This document shows, piece after piece, positions 10,111 through 20,928 of a stretch of DNA of 64,000 nucleotides. The position numbers and the translations under genes were made by a program. Position 1 is the first letter of the stretch, and each line of letters starts with the position of its first letter. Under the pieces are notes generated by a model, which saw nothing but the letters and a program-made list of their open reading frames with translations, made no database searches and was not told the DNA's origin. The stretch is from an uncultured Gemmatimonadaceae bacterium (lineage in GTDB: Bacteria; Gemmatimonadota; Gemmatimonadetes; Gemmatimonadales; Gemmatimonadaceae), in contig CAWJMB010000002.1 in NCBI GenBank assembly GCA_963843845.1, forward strand, positions 2,336,001 through 2,400,000, written 5' to 3'.

Positions 10111-10467
10111 TCAGGGGTGCGGTGCGGTAGTGCCGAGCGGCGCGGCAGCGCCTGACGGCGCTGCGATCAGCTCGCCGAAGATCTCGATCCGCGCGGACGC
10201 CTCGGCGTGTGTGGGCGGTAGACGACTGTCCAGCGCCTCGCTGAACAGTGCGTCGTGTGCGAGCGCCGAGTCGAGGGCGGACCGGTCGGACGTCTCGATG
10301 AACTCGAGAAACCGGCCTCGCTCCGCCTCGTGCTCGAATGCCCAGAAGCGAACGCTGCGCGCCGCCGCGCTCGCGCGCCGCTCGTGCAGCCGCGCGAGGT
10401 ACGGCGCGCGCTCGCCATCGTGCACGCGGACCGTGCGGACGGCGAGCGCGTGCGGCCGTTCGCTCAG
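10111..10467 (-). CDS. Hypothetical protein (start uncertain)
   Basis: 3' part of ORF 10111..11175 (HALAVRTVRV...RFWAFEHEAERGRFLEFIE) fills the gap after E2. Confidence 0.55.
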   Translation of the reverse strand: MSERPHALAVRTVRVHDGERAPYLARLHERRASAAARSVRFWAFEHEAERGRFLEFIETSDRSALDSALAHDALFSEALDSRLPPTHAEASARIEIFGELIAAPSGAAAPLGTTAPHP

Positions 10468-11894
10468 AAGCCGTTCTCCGGAAAGCTCTCGAGCGTCTTC
10501 TTCACGAATGCCATGAACTTGTCGGCATCCGAGCCGTCGACGATGCGATGGTCGAAGGACATCGAGAAGTACGCGCACGTGCGGATCGCGATCGTGTCCT
10601 CCCCGTCGCCGCCCGTGATGACTTTGGGCCGCTTCTCGATGGCGCCGACGCCCATGATCCCCGACGTCGGGACCGGGATGATCGGCGTTCCCATGAGCGA
10701 TCCGAACACGCCAGGGTTCGTGATCGTGAACGTCGCGCCCTGCACTTCCTGCGGCTGCAGCTTCTTGACGCGGGCGCGGTTCGCGAGGTCGTTCAGCTGC
10801 CGCGTGAGTCCGGTCAGCGACAGATCGTCGGCGTGCTTGATGACCGGGACGATGAGCCCCCAGTCGAGCGCGACGGCGATCCCGATGTTGTACTGCTTCC
10901 GGTAGATGATGTTGTTGCCGCTCACCGCCGCGTTCAGCACGGGAAACTGCTTCAGCCCGTCGACGACCGCGCGGATGATGAACGGCAGGTACGTGAGCTT
11001 CTCGCCGGTCGCGCGCTCGAACTCGGCGCGCTTGGCGGCACGGATGCGGGCGACGCGCGTGAGATCGATCTCGAAGAAGCTGGTGACGTGCGCGTTCAGG
11101 CGGCGCGAGAGAACCATGTGATCCGCCGTGAGCTGGCGGATCTTGCTCATCGGCTCGACGACGTCGCCCGGCCACGGGTCCACCACCGGCCCCTGCAGTT
11201 CGGCGGGCGCCGGAACGCGGGGTTCCGGACTCGTGGCGGCGGGGGTCGCGTGGGCCGCGGGTGCCGCATCACGGGTCCCGACGCCGCTCTCGAGCACGCC
11301 CAAGATGTCGCGCTTCGTGACGCGGCCGGCGATGCCGGAGCCGTGCAGCCCGGCGAGCTCGATCCCGTGCTCCGCGGCGATCTTGCGGACGAGTGGCGAG
11401 CTGCGGGTACGGAGGCGGTCTTCGAGCCCGCTTCCGCTGCCCGACTCCGGCGCGGTCGCGGCATCGGCGCTGCCCGCGTTCGACTGGCCGCCGCCCGCGC
11501 TCGCCGCGGGGGCATCGTTCGGGCGGGGGGCTGGCACCTCGCCGGCGGGTGGCGCCGCGCTCGACGCCGTCGCGGGCGCCGCCGCCGACGTGGGCGCCGG
11601 CGTGGGCGCCGGCGTGGGCGCCGGCGTGGGCGCATCGAGCGAGAACGCGCCCTTGTCCGTTTCCAACCGCGCCACGACGGTCCCGACGGCGACCGTCTGG
11701 CCTTCCGTCACGCTGATCTCCGCGAGCACGCCCGCGGAGGGCGCGGGGATCTCCGCGTCGACCTTGTCGGTCGAGATCTCGAAGATCGGCTCGTCGCGCT
11801 TCACTTCGTCGCCGACCTTCTTCAACCACCGCGACAGCGTGCCCTCGGCGATCGACTCGCCCATCTGGGGCATGATGACGTCTACACGAGCCAC
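10464..11894 (-). CDS. 2-oxoacid dehydrogenase E2 (dihydrolipoamide acyltransferase)
   Basis: Lipoyl domain EISTDKV, subunit-binding domain SPLVRKIA...GRVTKRD, catalytic FDHRIVDG. Confidence 0.95.
   Translation of the reverse strand: MARVDVIMPQMGESIAEGTLSRWLKKVGDEVKRDEPIFEISTDKVDAEIPAPSAGVLAEISVTEGQTVAVGTVVARLETDKGAFSLDAPTPAPTPAPTPAPTSAAAPATASSAAPPAGEVPAPRPNDAPAASAGGGQSNAGSADAATAPESGSGSGLEDRLRTRSSPLVRKIAAEHGIELAGLHGSGIAGRVTKRDILGVLESGVGTRDAAPAAHATPAATSPEPRVPAPAELQGPVVDPWPGDVVEPMSKIRQLTADHMVLSRRLNAHVTSFFEIDLTRVARIRAAKRAEFERATGEKLTYLPFIIRAVVDGLKQFPVLNAAVSGNNIIYRKQYNIGIAVALDWGLIVPVIKHADDLSLTGLTRQLNDLANRARVKKLQPQEVQGATFTITNPGVFGSLMGTPIIPVPTSGIMGVGAIEKRPKVITGGDGEDTIAIRTCAYFSMSFDHRIVDGSDADKFMAFVKKTLESFPENGF
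11590..11633. repeat. 12-bp tandem repeat encoding the (APTP)n linker of E2
   Basis: gtgggcgccggc repeated about 3.5 times. Confidence 0.7.
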
Positions 11895-11898
11895 AGCT

Positions 11899-12195
11899 TC
11901 ACCCTCGCAAGGAATGGTCGGTCGGCGGGCGCGACATCAGCCGCCGCAGCACGAGCGCCGGGAGCGACAGCGCGCCCAGGAGCGCGCCGACGCCGGCGTA
12001 GACGTGCCAGTTACACGTTGGAATGTCGGGACACGACGGCGCCTTCGTGAAGAAGGCGACGATCTTCGAAACGAGCACCGCGATCATCGCGCCACTCACC
12101 GCGCCGACCGGGAGCATGAAGCACCCGATCGCGAACTTCGGCGGCCCTCCGCCTGACGGCTCCGCCGGCGGAGCCGTGCGACGCGCGTCGGCCAT
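11899..12195 (-). CDS. Small two-TM membrane protein
   Basis: From ATG 12195: MADARR...FAIGCFMLPVGAVSGAMIAVLVSKIV...SCPDIPTCNWHVYAGVGALLGAL; TGATG coupling to E1b. Confidence 0.75.
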   Translation of the reverse strand: MADARRTAPPAEPSGGGPPKFAIGCFMLPVGAVSGAMIAVLVSKIVAFFTKAPSCPDIPTCNWHVYAGVGALLGALSLPALVLRRLMSRPPTDHSLRG

Positions 12196-13172
12196 CAATA
12201 TGCCGCCAGACGGCGCGCCGCGACGACGACATCCGCCGTCTGTGGCAACACGAAGTCCTCGAGCGACGGCGCGTACGGCAGCGGCACATCGTGCGCGGTC
12301 ACCCGCAGCACCGGCGCGTCGAGCCACTCGAAGCACGTCTCGTTGATGCGCGCGGTGATCTCGCCGGCGATGCCGCCGGTGCGCGTGTCCTCGTGCACGA
12401 TCAGCACACGGTTGGTCTTCTTCACGGTCGCCTCGATCGCCGCGTCGTCGAGCGGCGCGAGCGTGCGCAGGTCGACGACTTCGACCGAGAGGCCGTCTTC
12501 GGCCGCGAGCTGTTCCGCGGCCTCGAGCGCCTTGTAGACGGTCGCCGCGTACGTGATGATCGAGAGGTCGGACCCTTCGCGCGCGACACGCGCCTTGCCT
12601 AACGGCACGACGTGATCGCCCGCCGGCATCACGCCCTTGATTCGGCGATAGAGGTACTTGTGCTCGAAGAACAGCACGCAATCCTCGTCCCGGATCGCCG
12701 CCTTCATGAGGCCCTTCGCGTCCTCCGCCGTCGACGGATACACGACTTTGAGCCCGGGCGTGTGGATGAACCCGGCCTCAGGGTTCTGCGAGTGGAACGG
12801 CCCTCCACGCACGTAGCCGCCGCTCGGTCCTCGAACGACCATGGGACACGGAAGGAACGCGCGGTAGCGCGCGGTCGCGACGTAGTTGGTCAGGATGTCG
12901 TACGCGTTCGCGATGAAGTCGATGAACTGCATCTCGACGACGGGGCGCATCCCCATGTGTGCCGCGCCCGCCGCCGCGCCGACGATCCCGATCTCCGAGA
13001 TCGGCGAGTCGATGACGCGCCCCGCACCGAACCGCGCGAGCAGGCCTTCGGTGACCTTGAACGCCCCGCCGAACGCACCGATGTCCTCGCCGAGGCACAA
13101 GACGTTCGCGTCGCGCGCCATCTCCTCGAACAGCGCTTCCCGGATCGCCTCGAGATACGTGATCTCCGCCAT
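12195..13172 (-). CDS. 2-oxoacid dehydrogenase E1 beta subunit
   Basis: MAEITYLEAI, GEDIG.FGG.F, PVVEMQF, HSQ, EVVDLRTL. Confidence 0.95.
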   Translation of the reverse strand: MAEITYLEAIREALFEEMARDANVLCLGEDIGAFGGAFKVTEGLLARFGAGRVIDSPISEIGIVGAAAGAAHMGMRPVVEMQFIDFIANAYDILTNYVATARYRAFLPCPMVVRGPSGGYVRGGPFHSQNPEAGFIHTPGLKVVYPSTAEDAKGLMKAAIRDEDCVLFFEHKYLYRRIKGVMPAGDHVVPLGKARVAREGSDLSIITYAATVYKALEAAEQLAAEDGLSVEVVDLRTLAPLDDAAIEATVKKTNRVLIVHEDTRTGGIAGEITARINETCFEWLDAPVLRVTAHDVPLPYAPSLEDFVLPQTADVVVAARRLAAY

Positions 13173-14323
13173 CAGGCGTCTTCCTGCGCGACGGTCGTTG
13201 CAGCCGGTGTCGCCCCCGCGGCCGCGTTGGGCCAGGTGCCCCACCCCTCGGCGCGCTCGTTCGCGCCGACCGCGCTGCGGACCCCTTCACGGAACCAGAG
13301 CGGGCGCTCGGCCGATGGGTCGGCATAGATGCCGACGAGCGCGTCGAGCGGCTCCGGCACGCCCGACCGCTCGGCGATCTCGGTCGCGTCGTCGACCTCG
13401 CGGCGGACACGCTCGTCCACGGCGGCGACGTCGTCTGCGGTGAAGCCGAGCTCACCCGTGAGGCGCGCCACGTAGCGATCGATCGGGTCGTTCTCGGAGG
13501 CCCATCGCTCGATCTCGCCGGCCGGCACGTAGCTCTGGTTGTCGTGCTCGGCGTGTCCCTTCCGCCGATACGTCATCAGCTCGACGAGCGTCACACCCTC
13601 GCCGCGACGCGCGCGATCGACCGCCGCCTTCGTCACGTCGTACACCGCGAGCACGTCGTTCCCGTCCGCCTGGGCGCCGACGATCCCGTAGCCGATCGCC
13701 TTGTCCACGAACTGCCTCGCGAGCGTCTGCTTCTCGGTCGGCGTCGAGTAGGCGTAGCCGTTGTTCTCGACGACGACGACGAGCGGGCACCGCTGCACCG
13801 CGGCGAAGTTGATCCCCTCGTGAAACGCGCCGGTGGAGGTCGCGCCGTCGCCGACGTAGACGAGGCCGACGCGATCTTCACCGCGTGCCTTGAACGACAG
13901 CGTCACGCCGGCCATCACGGGCACCATGTCGCCCAACGGTGAGATCTGCCCGATGAACCCGCGTTCGAGGTCGCCGAAGTGGATGTTGAGCTCGCGCCCG
14001 CGTGTCGGGGAGTCGCCGCGCGCCATGTATTGCTTGAGCACCTCGACCGGCGTCGCACCCTTCACGAGCATCGAGCCGAGGTTGCGAATGAGCGGCGACA
14101 TGATGTCGCGGCGCTCGAGCGCGAATGCGCTGCCGACGGCGTCCGCCTCCTGGCCCAACGAGCGAAAGAGACCGCCGACGACCTTCGTCTGGCGGTAGAG
14201 CGCGACGAGCCGCTCCTCGAGCGTGCGCGTGAGGCGCATCCAGTAGTACAGCTCGAGCGTTCGTTCACGGGTGAGGCTGTCGGACGGCCGGGGCTCCTGG
14301 CGTTTCGCGGACCGTGCCATCAA
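13172..14323 (-). CDS. 2-oxoacid dehydrogenase E1 alpha subunit (TPP-dependent)
   Basis: GDGATS.G.FHEG.N...ENN TPP motif, TYRRKGH. Confidence 0.95.
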   Translation of the reverse strand: MMARSAKRQEPRPSDSLTRERTLELYYWMRLTRTLEERLVALYRQTKVVGGLFRSLGQEADAVGSAFALERRDIMSPLIRNLGSMLVKGATPVEVLKQYMARGDSPTRGRELNIHFGDLERGFIGQISPLGDMVPVMAGVTLSFKARGEDRVGLVYVGDGATSTGAFHEGINFAAVQRCPLVVVVENNGYAYSTPTEKQTLARQFVDKAIGYGIVGAQADGNDVLAVYDVTKAAVDRARRGEGVTLVELMTYRRKGHAEHDNQSYVPAGEIERWASENDPIDRYVARLTGELGFTADDVAAVDERVRREVDDATEIAERSGVPEPLDALVGIYADPSAERPLWFREGVRSAVGANERAEGWGTWPNAAAGATPAATTVAQEDA

Positions 14324-14613
14324 TACGCCGCCTCGATCACGTGCCCCGGGTCAGCCGCTCGATGCAGCTCCACGAAGAACTTCTTCACGTTCTTGTCCAG
14401 CCGGCTCTCGCCGATCTGGTCGGTCGCGGCCTCGACGAAGGTGTAGTGTCCGCCCTCCATCTTCACGCTCAGCGCCAGCGTGCCTAACGGTCCGGTGAAG
14501 GTGCGCGACCGCGCGCCGCTCGACGATGCGGTCATCTGCAGGCGCGCGAAGAACGCGTCCGCCGCGCTCATCACGGCCGCGGGGGCGACGCTGGTCCGGT
14601 GAAAGAGGCGCAT
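14320..14613 (-). CDS. Hypothetical protein
   Basis: From ATG 14613: MRLFHRTS...MEGGHYTFVEAATDQIGESRLDKNVKKFF; overlaps neighbours at both ends. Confidence 0.75.
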   Translation of the reverse strand: MRLFHRTSVAPAAVMSAADAFFARLQMTASSSGARSRTFTGPLGTLALSVKMEGGHYTFVEAATDQIGESRLDKNVKKFFVELHRAADPGHVIEAAY

Positions 14614-15070
14614 CAGCGGGCGGGCGCGGGCGCGGCGGTCGCGGGGCGCTCGGTCATCGGCCGGGCGCCGCGGATCGTGTACACGAGGTCGTCGACCGGT
14701 TTCTCGAGGCGCTGCGTGGAGTCGCGCCGGAACTGCAGATTCACATTCCAGTCGCCGGCCGTGATGAAGTTCATCCGGGCCGTGTACTGCCCGGGCTCCG
14801 CCGTGGGCTCGAACGAGTCCCATCGGTTCGCGCGGTCGCGGCTCGTCGCGAAGATGCGCCCCTCGCCATTCTGCACGAACTCGCGCGTCTTCCGATCGAG
14901 CACGGTGACGTGAAAGATGATCGGCTCCCGCGCGCGGAGTGGCGACGGGTCGGTCGTGATCTGGAACTCGAAGCTGTCGGTCCACGCGCGGGTGGGACGC
15001 GGCGCCGGGGCCGCACACGCGGCGACGAGCAACGCGCTCACCAGCGCCGATCGTACGACCCCGACGTTCG

Positions 15071-15074
<4 letters not shown>
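14613..15074 (-). CDS. Putative lipoprotein, FixH/YtkA-like Ig fold
   Basis: From ATG 15074: lipobox-like LVAAC, then PGQYTA.MNF..AGDW.V. Confidence 0.7.
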
Positions 15075-16396
<1,322 letters not shown>

Positions 16397-16413
16397 GAAA
16401 GAGATCTCCAGGG

Positions 16414-17155
16414 TCAGGAACGCGGAGCGCGTCCGCGGGTGCCCCTACTGGGCAGCACGTTTTCGAGTACCGGCTCGACGGCGGCGTGCGACACGGCCGG
16501 CGTGACTCGGTCCGGGTGGTCGATCGGCTGCGTGACCCGGTGCACGTACAGGATGCGCTGCACCGCCGTGATCCACGCGGTGACGGAGAGCAGCGCCACG
16601 ATGAGCATCAGCACGTAGCCGTCGAGCGCGAGCCCGAAGAACGCCTGCGGCGCCGAGAGCAGCATGACGCGCTCGGGACGCTGCATCAACCCCACCTTGG
16701 CGTCGATGCCGAGCGCCTCGGCGCGGGCGCGGGTGTAGGAGGTGAGGAAGGTCCCGATGATGCCGAGGATCGTGAGCGCGACCATCGGCGTGCCGGCCCA
16801 GTGGGGTACGCCGTGCAGCACGTCGTTGCGCGCGAAGAAGATCGCGAGCCCGCCGAGGACGGCACCGTCGGCGACCCGATCGAGCGTCGAGTCGTAGAAC
16901 GCGCCGAACACCGTGGTGCGGCCGCTCGCGCGGGCCACCTTGCCGTCGAGCACGTCGATGACGGCGGTGAGGCCGATCCACCAGCCCGGCGACCATGATG
17001 TGCCCGCTGGCGAACATCCCTCCGCCCGCGACGTAGGCGAGCGTCCCGAGCGTCGTGATGGTGTTCGGGCCGACACCGGCGCGCACCAGCCACCCGGCGA
17101 GCGGGTCGATGAGGGCGAGATACCCTCGCTGGATGGCCGACCAGAGACGCAGCAT
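16414..17155 (-). CDS. CDP-alcohol phosphatidyltransferase, probable phosphatidylinositol-phosphate synthase; +1 frameshift near 16990
   Basis: PNTITTLG, then DVLDGKVAR...FGAFYDSTLDR, SYTRARAE, VGLMQRPER (PIP-synthase-like); directly upstream of ino1. Confidence 0.88.
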
Positions 17156-17257
17156 GAGGTGACATGCGGGGTGAACGACGTGCGCCCCGCCTCCCGATCT
17201 CCGTCTCGTGCAGGGGCCGGAGCGGGGGGCGCTCCGGGCCGGAAAGCTATCGCCGGC

Positions 17258-17614
17258 TCAGGGCACTCGCCACGTGTACCCGCCGCCGAGTGTCACGTTC
17301 TCCCGGGTATAGCTCACCGACCCGTCGACCGGCGCGGCGCGCAGGGTGACCGACGTGCTCGTCGAGACGCCGCGGACCGCAAGGGTCTCCGTCGTTTTCG
17401 CGGCGACCTGGCGCACGAAGAGCTCGCCGCCTCCGCCCGGACGCACGTAGACGTTCACCGCCTGCGCCAGGTTGTTCGTGAACGCGATCGACGTCGCCGA
17501 CGCGGCGGTCGGCGACTCGCCGGTCCGGACCTCGACCTGTCGCGCGCAGGCGACCGATGCCGTCGAGAATGCCGCCAGGAGCAGGGCGGTCGGAAGTCGC
17601 AGATGTCGACGCAT
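17258..17614 (-). CDS. Putative small lipoprotein
   Basis: From ATG 17614: MRRHLRLPTALLLAAFSTASVAC, followed by a beta-rich domain. Confidence 0.7.
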   Translation of the reverse strand: MRRHLRLPTALLLAAFSTASVACARQVEVRTGESPTAASATSIAFTNNLAQAVNVYVRPGGGGELFVRQVAAKTTETLAVRGVSTSTSVTLRAAPVDGSVSYTRENVTLGGGYTWRVP

Positions 17615-17759
17615 GAACCCTCGGACGTTCGAGTAGGGCACGCGCCAGTCAGGCGCAGCGCCGGTGTCTGCCCCCGCAGGGTGCAAGAGCCATGCACGAT
17701 CGGTAACTTCGCCAGCCCCGCGCTCGCCGCGCCGCCACGCCTTCCTCCCGATGGCCCGC

Positions 17760-19636
17760 ATGGCCGCTCCCTCCCGCCGCCCCGTTCGTCGACGTCTCAC
17801 GCGCACGCTCGGCCTGGTCGTACTCGGTGGGTGTGCGACGGCCGCGCCGGCCGTGGCACCGCCGCCCGCGGCCCCTCCGCACGAGGCACCCCCTGCTCCG
17901 CCGCCGAGCGCGGCGCTCGACGTCGATCGTCGCGTTGACCGTCGCGGAGCAGCAGTGGGTGGAGCGAACGCTCGCGTCGCTCTCGCTGCGCGACCGGGCC
18001 GCACAGCTCGTCACCGTCTGGGTGCTCGGCGACTACACGAACTTCGAGGACACGAGCTTCGTGCAGGTGCGCCGCTGGATCGAGCAGGACCACGTCGGCG
18101 GCGTCGTGATGTCGCTCGGCTCGCCGCTCGAGGTCGCGGCGAAGGTGAACGCCATGCAGCAGCTCGCGCTGGCGCTGCCGTCGCGCATCCCGCTGCTCAT
18201 CTCGTCGGACGTCGAGCCCGGACTCGGGCGGATGGAAGGGCGGCGTGTTCACGACGCAGCTCTGGAGCGCCGGCTCGGCGACCGTGCTGCCGACGAACAT
18301 GGCGATCGGCGCGAGCGGCGCCGACGCCGACGCGGAGATGGCCGGGCGCATCATCGGCCGCGAGTCGCGCGCCACCGGCGTCCACGTCGCGTTCGCGCCG
18401 GTCGTGGACGTCAACAACAATCCGGCGAACCCGGTGATCAATACGCGTTCGTTCGGCGAGGAGCCGGAGCGCGTCGCGCGGCTGTCGGCGGCGTTCACGC
18501 GGGGCGTCCAGGCGGAGGGCACCGCCGCCGTCGCGAAGCACTTCCCGGGGCACGGCGACACCGACACCGACTCGCACCTCGCCCTGCCGGTCGTGCGCTC
18601 CGATCGCGCCCGGCTCGACTCGGTCGAGCTCGTGCCCTTCCGCGCCGCGATCCAGGCGGGGGTGGCGGGGATCATGACGGCGCACATCGCGCTGCCGGCC
18701 GTCGAGCGCGACAGCACGCCGGCGACGCTCTCTCGTCCGATCATGACGGGTCTGCTGCGCGACACGCTCGGCTTTCGCGGCGTCACGTTCACGGACGCGA
18801 TGACGATGGAGGGGATCGGCAAGGGCTACACGATCGATCGCAGCGGGCCGCTCGCGATCGAGGCCGGGGACGACGTGCTGCTGATGCCGTCCAACGTGCC
18901 GCGGATGCTCGACGCGATCGTCGCGCGTGTCGAGCGCGGCGCGATTCCGCGCGAGACGATCGACGCGTCGGTCCGCCGCGTGCTGTCGCTGAAGGTCCGC
19001 ACCGGCGCCGTCGCCCGCCCGCTCGTCTCGCTCGATTCACTGCGCGGCGTCGTCGGCGCGCCGGCGCACTGGAGCGCGGCACGCGGCATCGCGGAGCGCG
19101 CCATCACCCTGCTCCGCGACAGCGCGTCGCTCGTCCCGATGCGCGGCGCGCGGACGCTGACGGCGATCGTCTACGCGCCGGACAACGAGCCCGTCGCCGG
19201 CACCGCGTTCGTCGCCGAGCTGCGCGCGAGCGGGCTCGCGGTGCGCGACTTGCGCGTCTCGCCGCGAACGCGCGGTGACGGCGCTCGACTCGGTCGCGTG
19301 TGGCGGCGCGAACGAGCGACCGCATCGTCGTGTACACCTACACGCGCACGCTCGAGGGGAACGGCCGCCTCGCGATCCCGGCCCACGTCGCCGCCTGGGT
19401 CGACGGGCTCGCGTCGACGGGCAAGCTCATCGTCGCCTCGGGGGGCAATCCGTACGTGATCCGGCAGTTTCCGCGCGTCGGCACCTATCTCGTCAACTAC
19501 GGGCGCGGCGACGCAGTCGAGCGAGCGACGGCGCGTGCGATCGCTCGGGCGCGCGGCGATCACCGGTCGCGCGCCGGTGACGCTTCCGGGCTTCTTCGCA
19601 CGGGGCGACGGGATCGCGCGGGAGGTGGCTCGATGA
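17760..19636 (+). CDS. nagZ: GH3 beta-N-acetylglucosaminidase (lipoprotein-type, two-domain); several frameshifts
   Basis: VVLGGC lipobox-like; PLLISSDVEPG; FAPVVDVNNNP.NPVINTRSFG; KHFPGHGDT.TDSH; TDAM; C-terminal GNPY. Frame changes near 17930, 18240, 19275 and 19550. Confidence 0.88.
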
Positions 19637-20928
19637 GCCGCATCGTCCGCAGCCTCGCGCTCCTGACCGCGGCCGCGTGCGCGGCGAGCCCGCGGGAGTC
19701 CGCGCCACCACAGGCGACGCCGCGCGCCGCCCCGTCGTCGACGTCGCCTGCTGCGACGTCGGTCCCCGCGAGCGTCGCCGACGGCCGCGTCGCGTCGCCG
19801 CCTTCGGGACGCGTGCCGCCGGGCGTCGCGCGTCAGGTGCAGGACTCCGTCGAGCGCGTCCTGAATGCCGCCGCCGCCGACAGCGCGTTTCCCGGCGGCT
19901 ACGCCGTCGTCGGCACGCGCGACGGCATCGTCGCCGAGTACGGCGTCGGGCGCATCGATTGGAGGGCGGATGCGCCGAGACCCGACGCCCACACGCTCTG
20001 GGACATGGCATCGCTGACGAAGGTGACGGCGACCACGAGCGCGATCATGCAGCTCGTGGAGCAGGGGCGAGTGTCGCTCGACGCGCCCGTGCAGCGCTAC
20101 CTCCCGGAGTGGCGGGGACGCGGGAAGGAGGCAGTGACCGTCCGCCACCTCGTCACGCACGCGTCGGGGCTGCCGCCGTTCAAGGTGTTCCCGATGGACA
20201 TCGGCGCCGACAGCACCCGCACGCTCTTCCTCGGCGTGCAGCTCGACACGGTACCGAACGCGAGGATGGCGTACAGCGACATCGGCTTCGTGCTCACGGG
20301 ACTGATCGTCGAACGTGTGAGCGGTGAGACGCTCGACCAGTACGTGGTGCGACACGTGTACGGACCGTTGGGCATGCACGAGACGTACTTCCGACCGCCG
20401 GCGACGGAGATGGCGCGCATCGCGCCGACCGAGACCCAGGCGTTCCGCGGCGGTCAGGTGCGCGGGATCGTGCACGACGAGCGCGCGTGGCGCATGGACG
20501 GCGTCGCCGGACACGCCGGCCTCTTCTCCACCGCGTCCGACATGGCGCGGCTGTGTCGGATGTACCTGAACGGCGGGGCGTTAGGCGGCACGCGCGTGTT
20601 CGCCGAGGGCACCATCCGTCAGTTCACGAGCTACGCGGATTCGACGTTCTCGAACCGCGCGTTGGGTTGGCAGAAGCCGGACGCCGCGGGGGTGAAGTTC
20701 GGCGGCGGGACGCCGTGGGCGGGACGCGTCGCGACGTCGAGCGCGTTCGGGCATACGGGCTTCACCGGCACCTCGCTCTACATCGATCCGGCGCGCGACG
20801 TCTTCGTGCTGCTGTTCACGAATCGCGTGAACCCGACGCGCGACAACAACAAGATCGGCGCCGTCCGCTCGCGACTCACGAACGCCGTCGTCGGCGCACT
20901 CGGGACATTCGCCGCACCGCGCCGATGA
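19633..20928 (+). CDS. Serine hydrolase of the beta-lactamase family, AmiE-like muropeptide amidase candidate
   Basis: ATGA overlap with nagZ; ASLTK (SxxK), YSD, VHDE.A, GHAGLF, GHTGFTGTS. Confidence 0.88.
   Translation: MSRIVRSLALLTAAACAASPRESAPPQATPRAAPSSTSPAATSVPASVADGRVASPPSGRVPPGVARQVQDSVERVLNAAAADSAFPGGYAVVGTRDGIVAEYGVGRIDWRADAPRPDAHTLWDMASLTKVTATTSAIMQLVEQGRVSLDAPVQRYLPEWRGRGKEAVTVRHLVTHASGLPPFKVFPMDIGADSTRTLFLGVQLDTVPNARMAYSDIGFVLTGLIVERVSGETLDQYVVRHVYGPLGMHETYFRPPATEMARIAPTETQAFRGGQVRGIVHDERAWRMDGVAGHAGLFSTASDMARLCRMYLNGGALGGTRVFAEGTIRQFTSYADSTFSNRALGWQKPDAAGVKFGGGTPWAGRVATSSAFGHTGFTGTSLYIDPARDVFVLLFTNRVNPTRDNNKIGAVRSRLTNAVVGALGTFAAPRR

Noticed and set aside
2457..11633. Short tandem repeats as CRISPR or contingency loci
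   Set aside because: They are in-frame 12- and 15-bp units without spacers, encoding flexible protein linkers.
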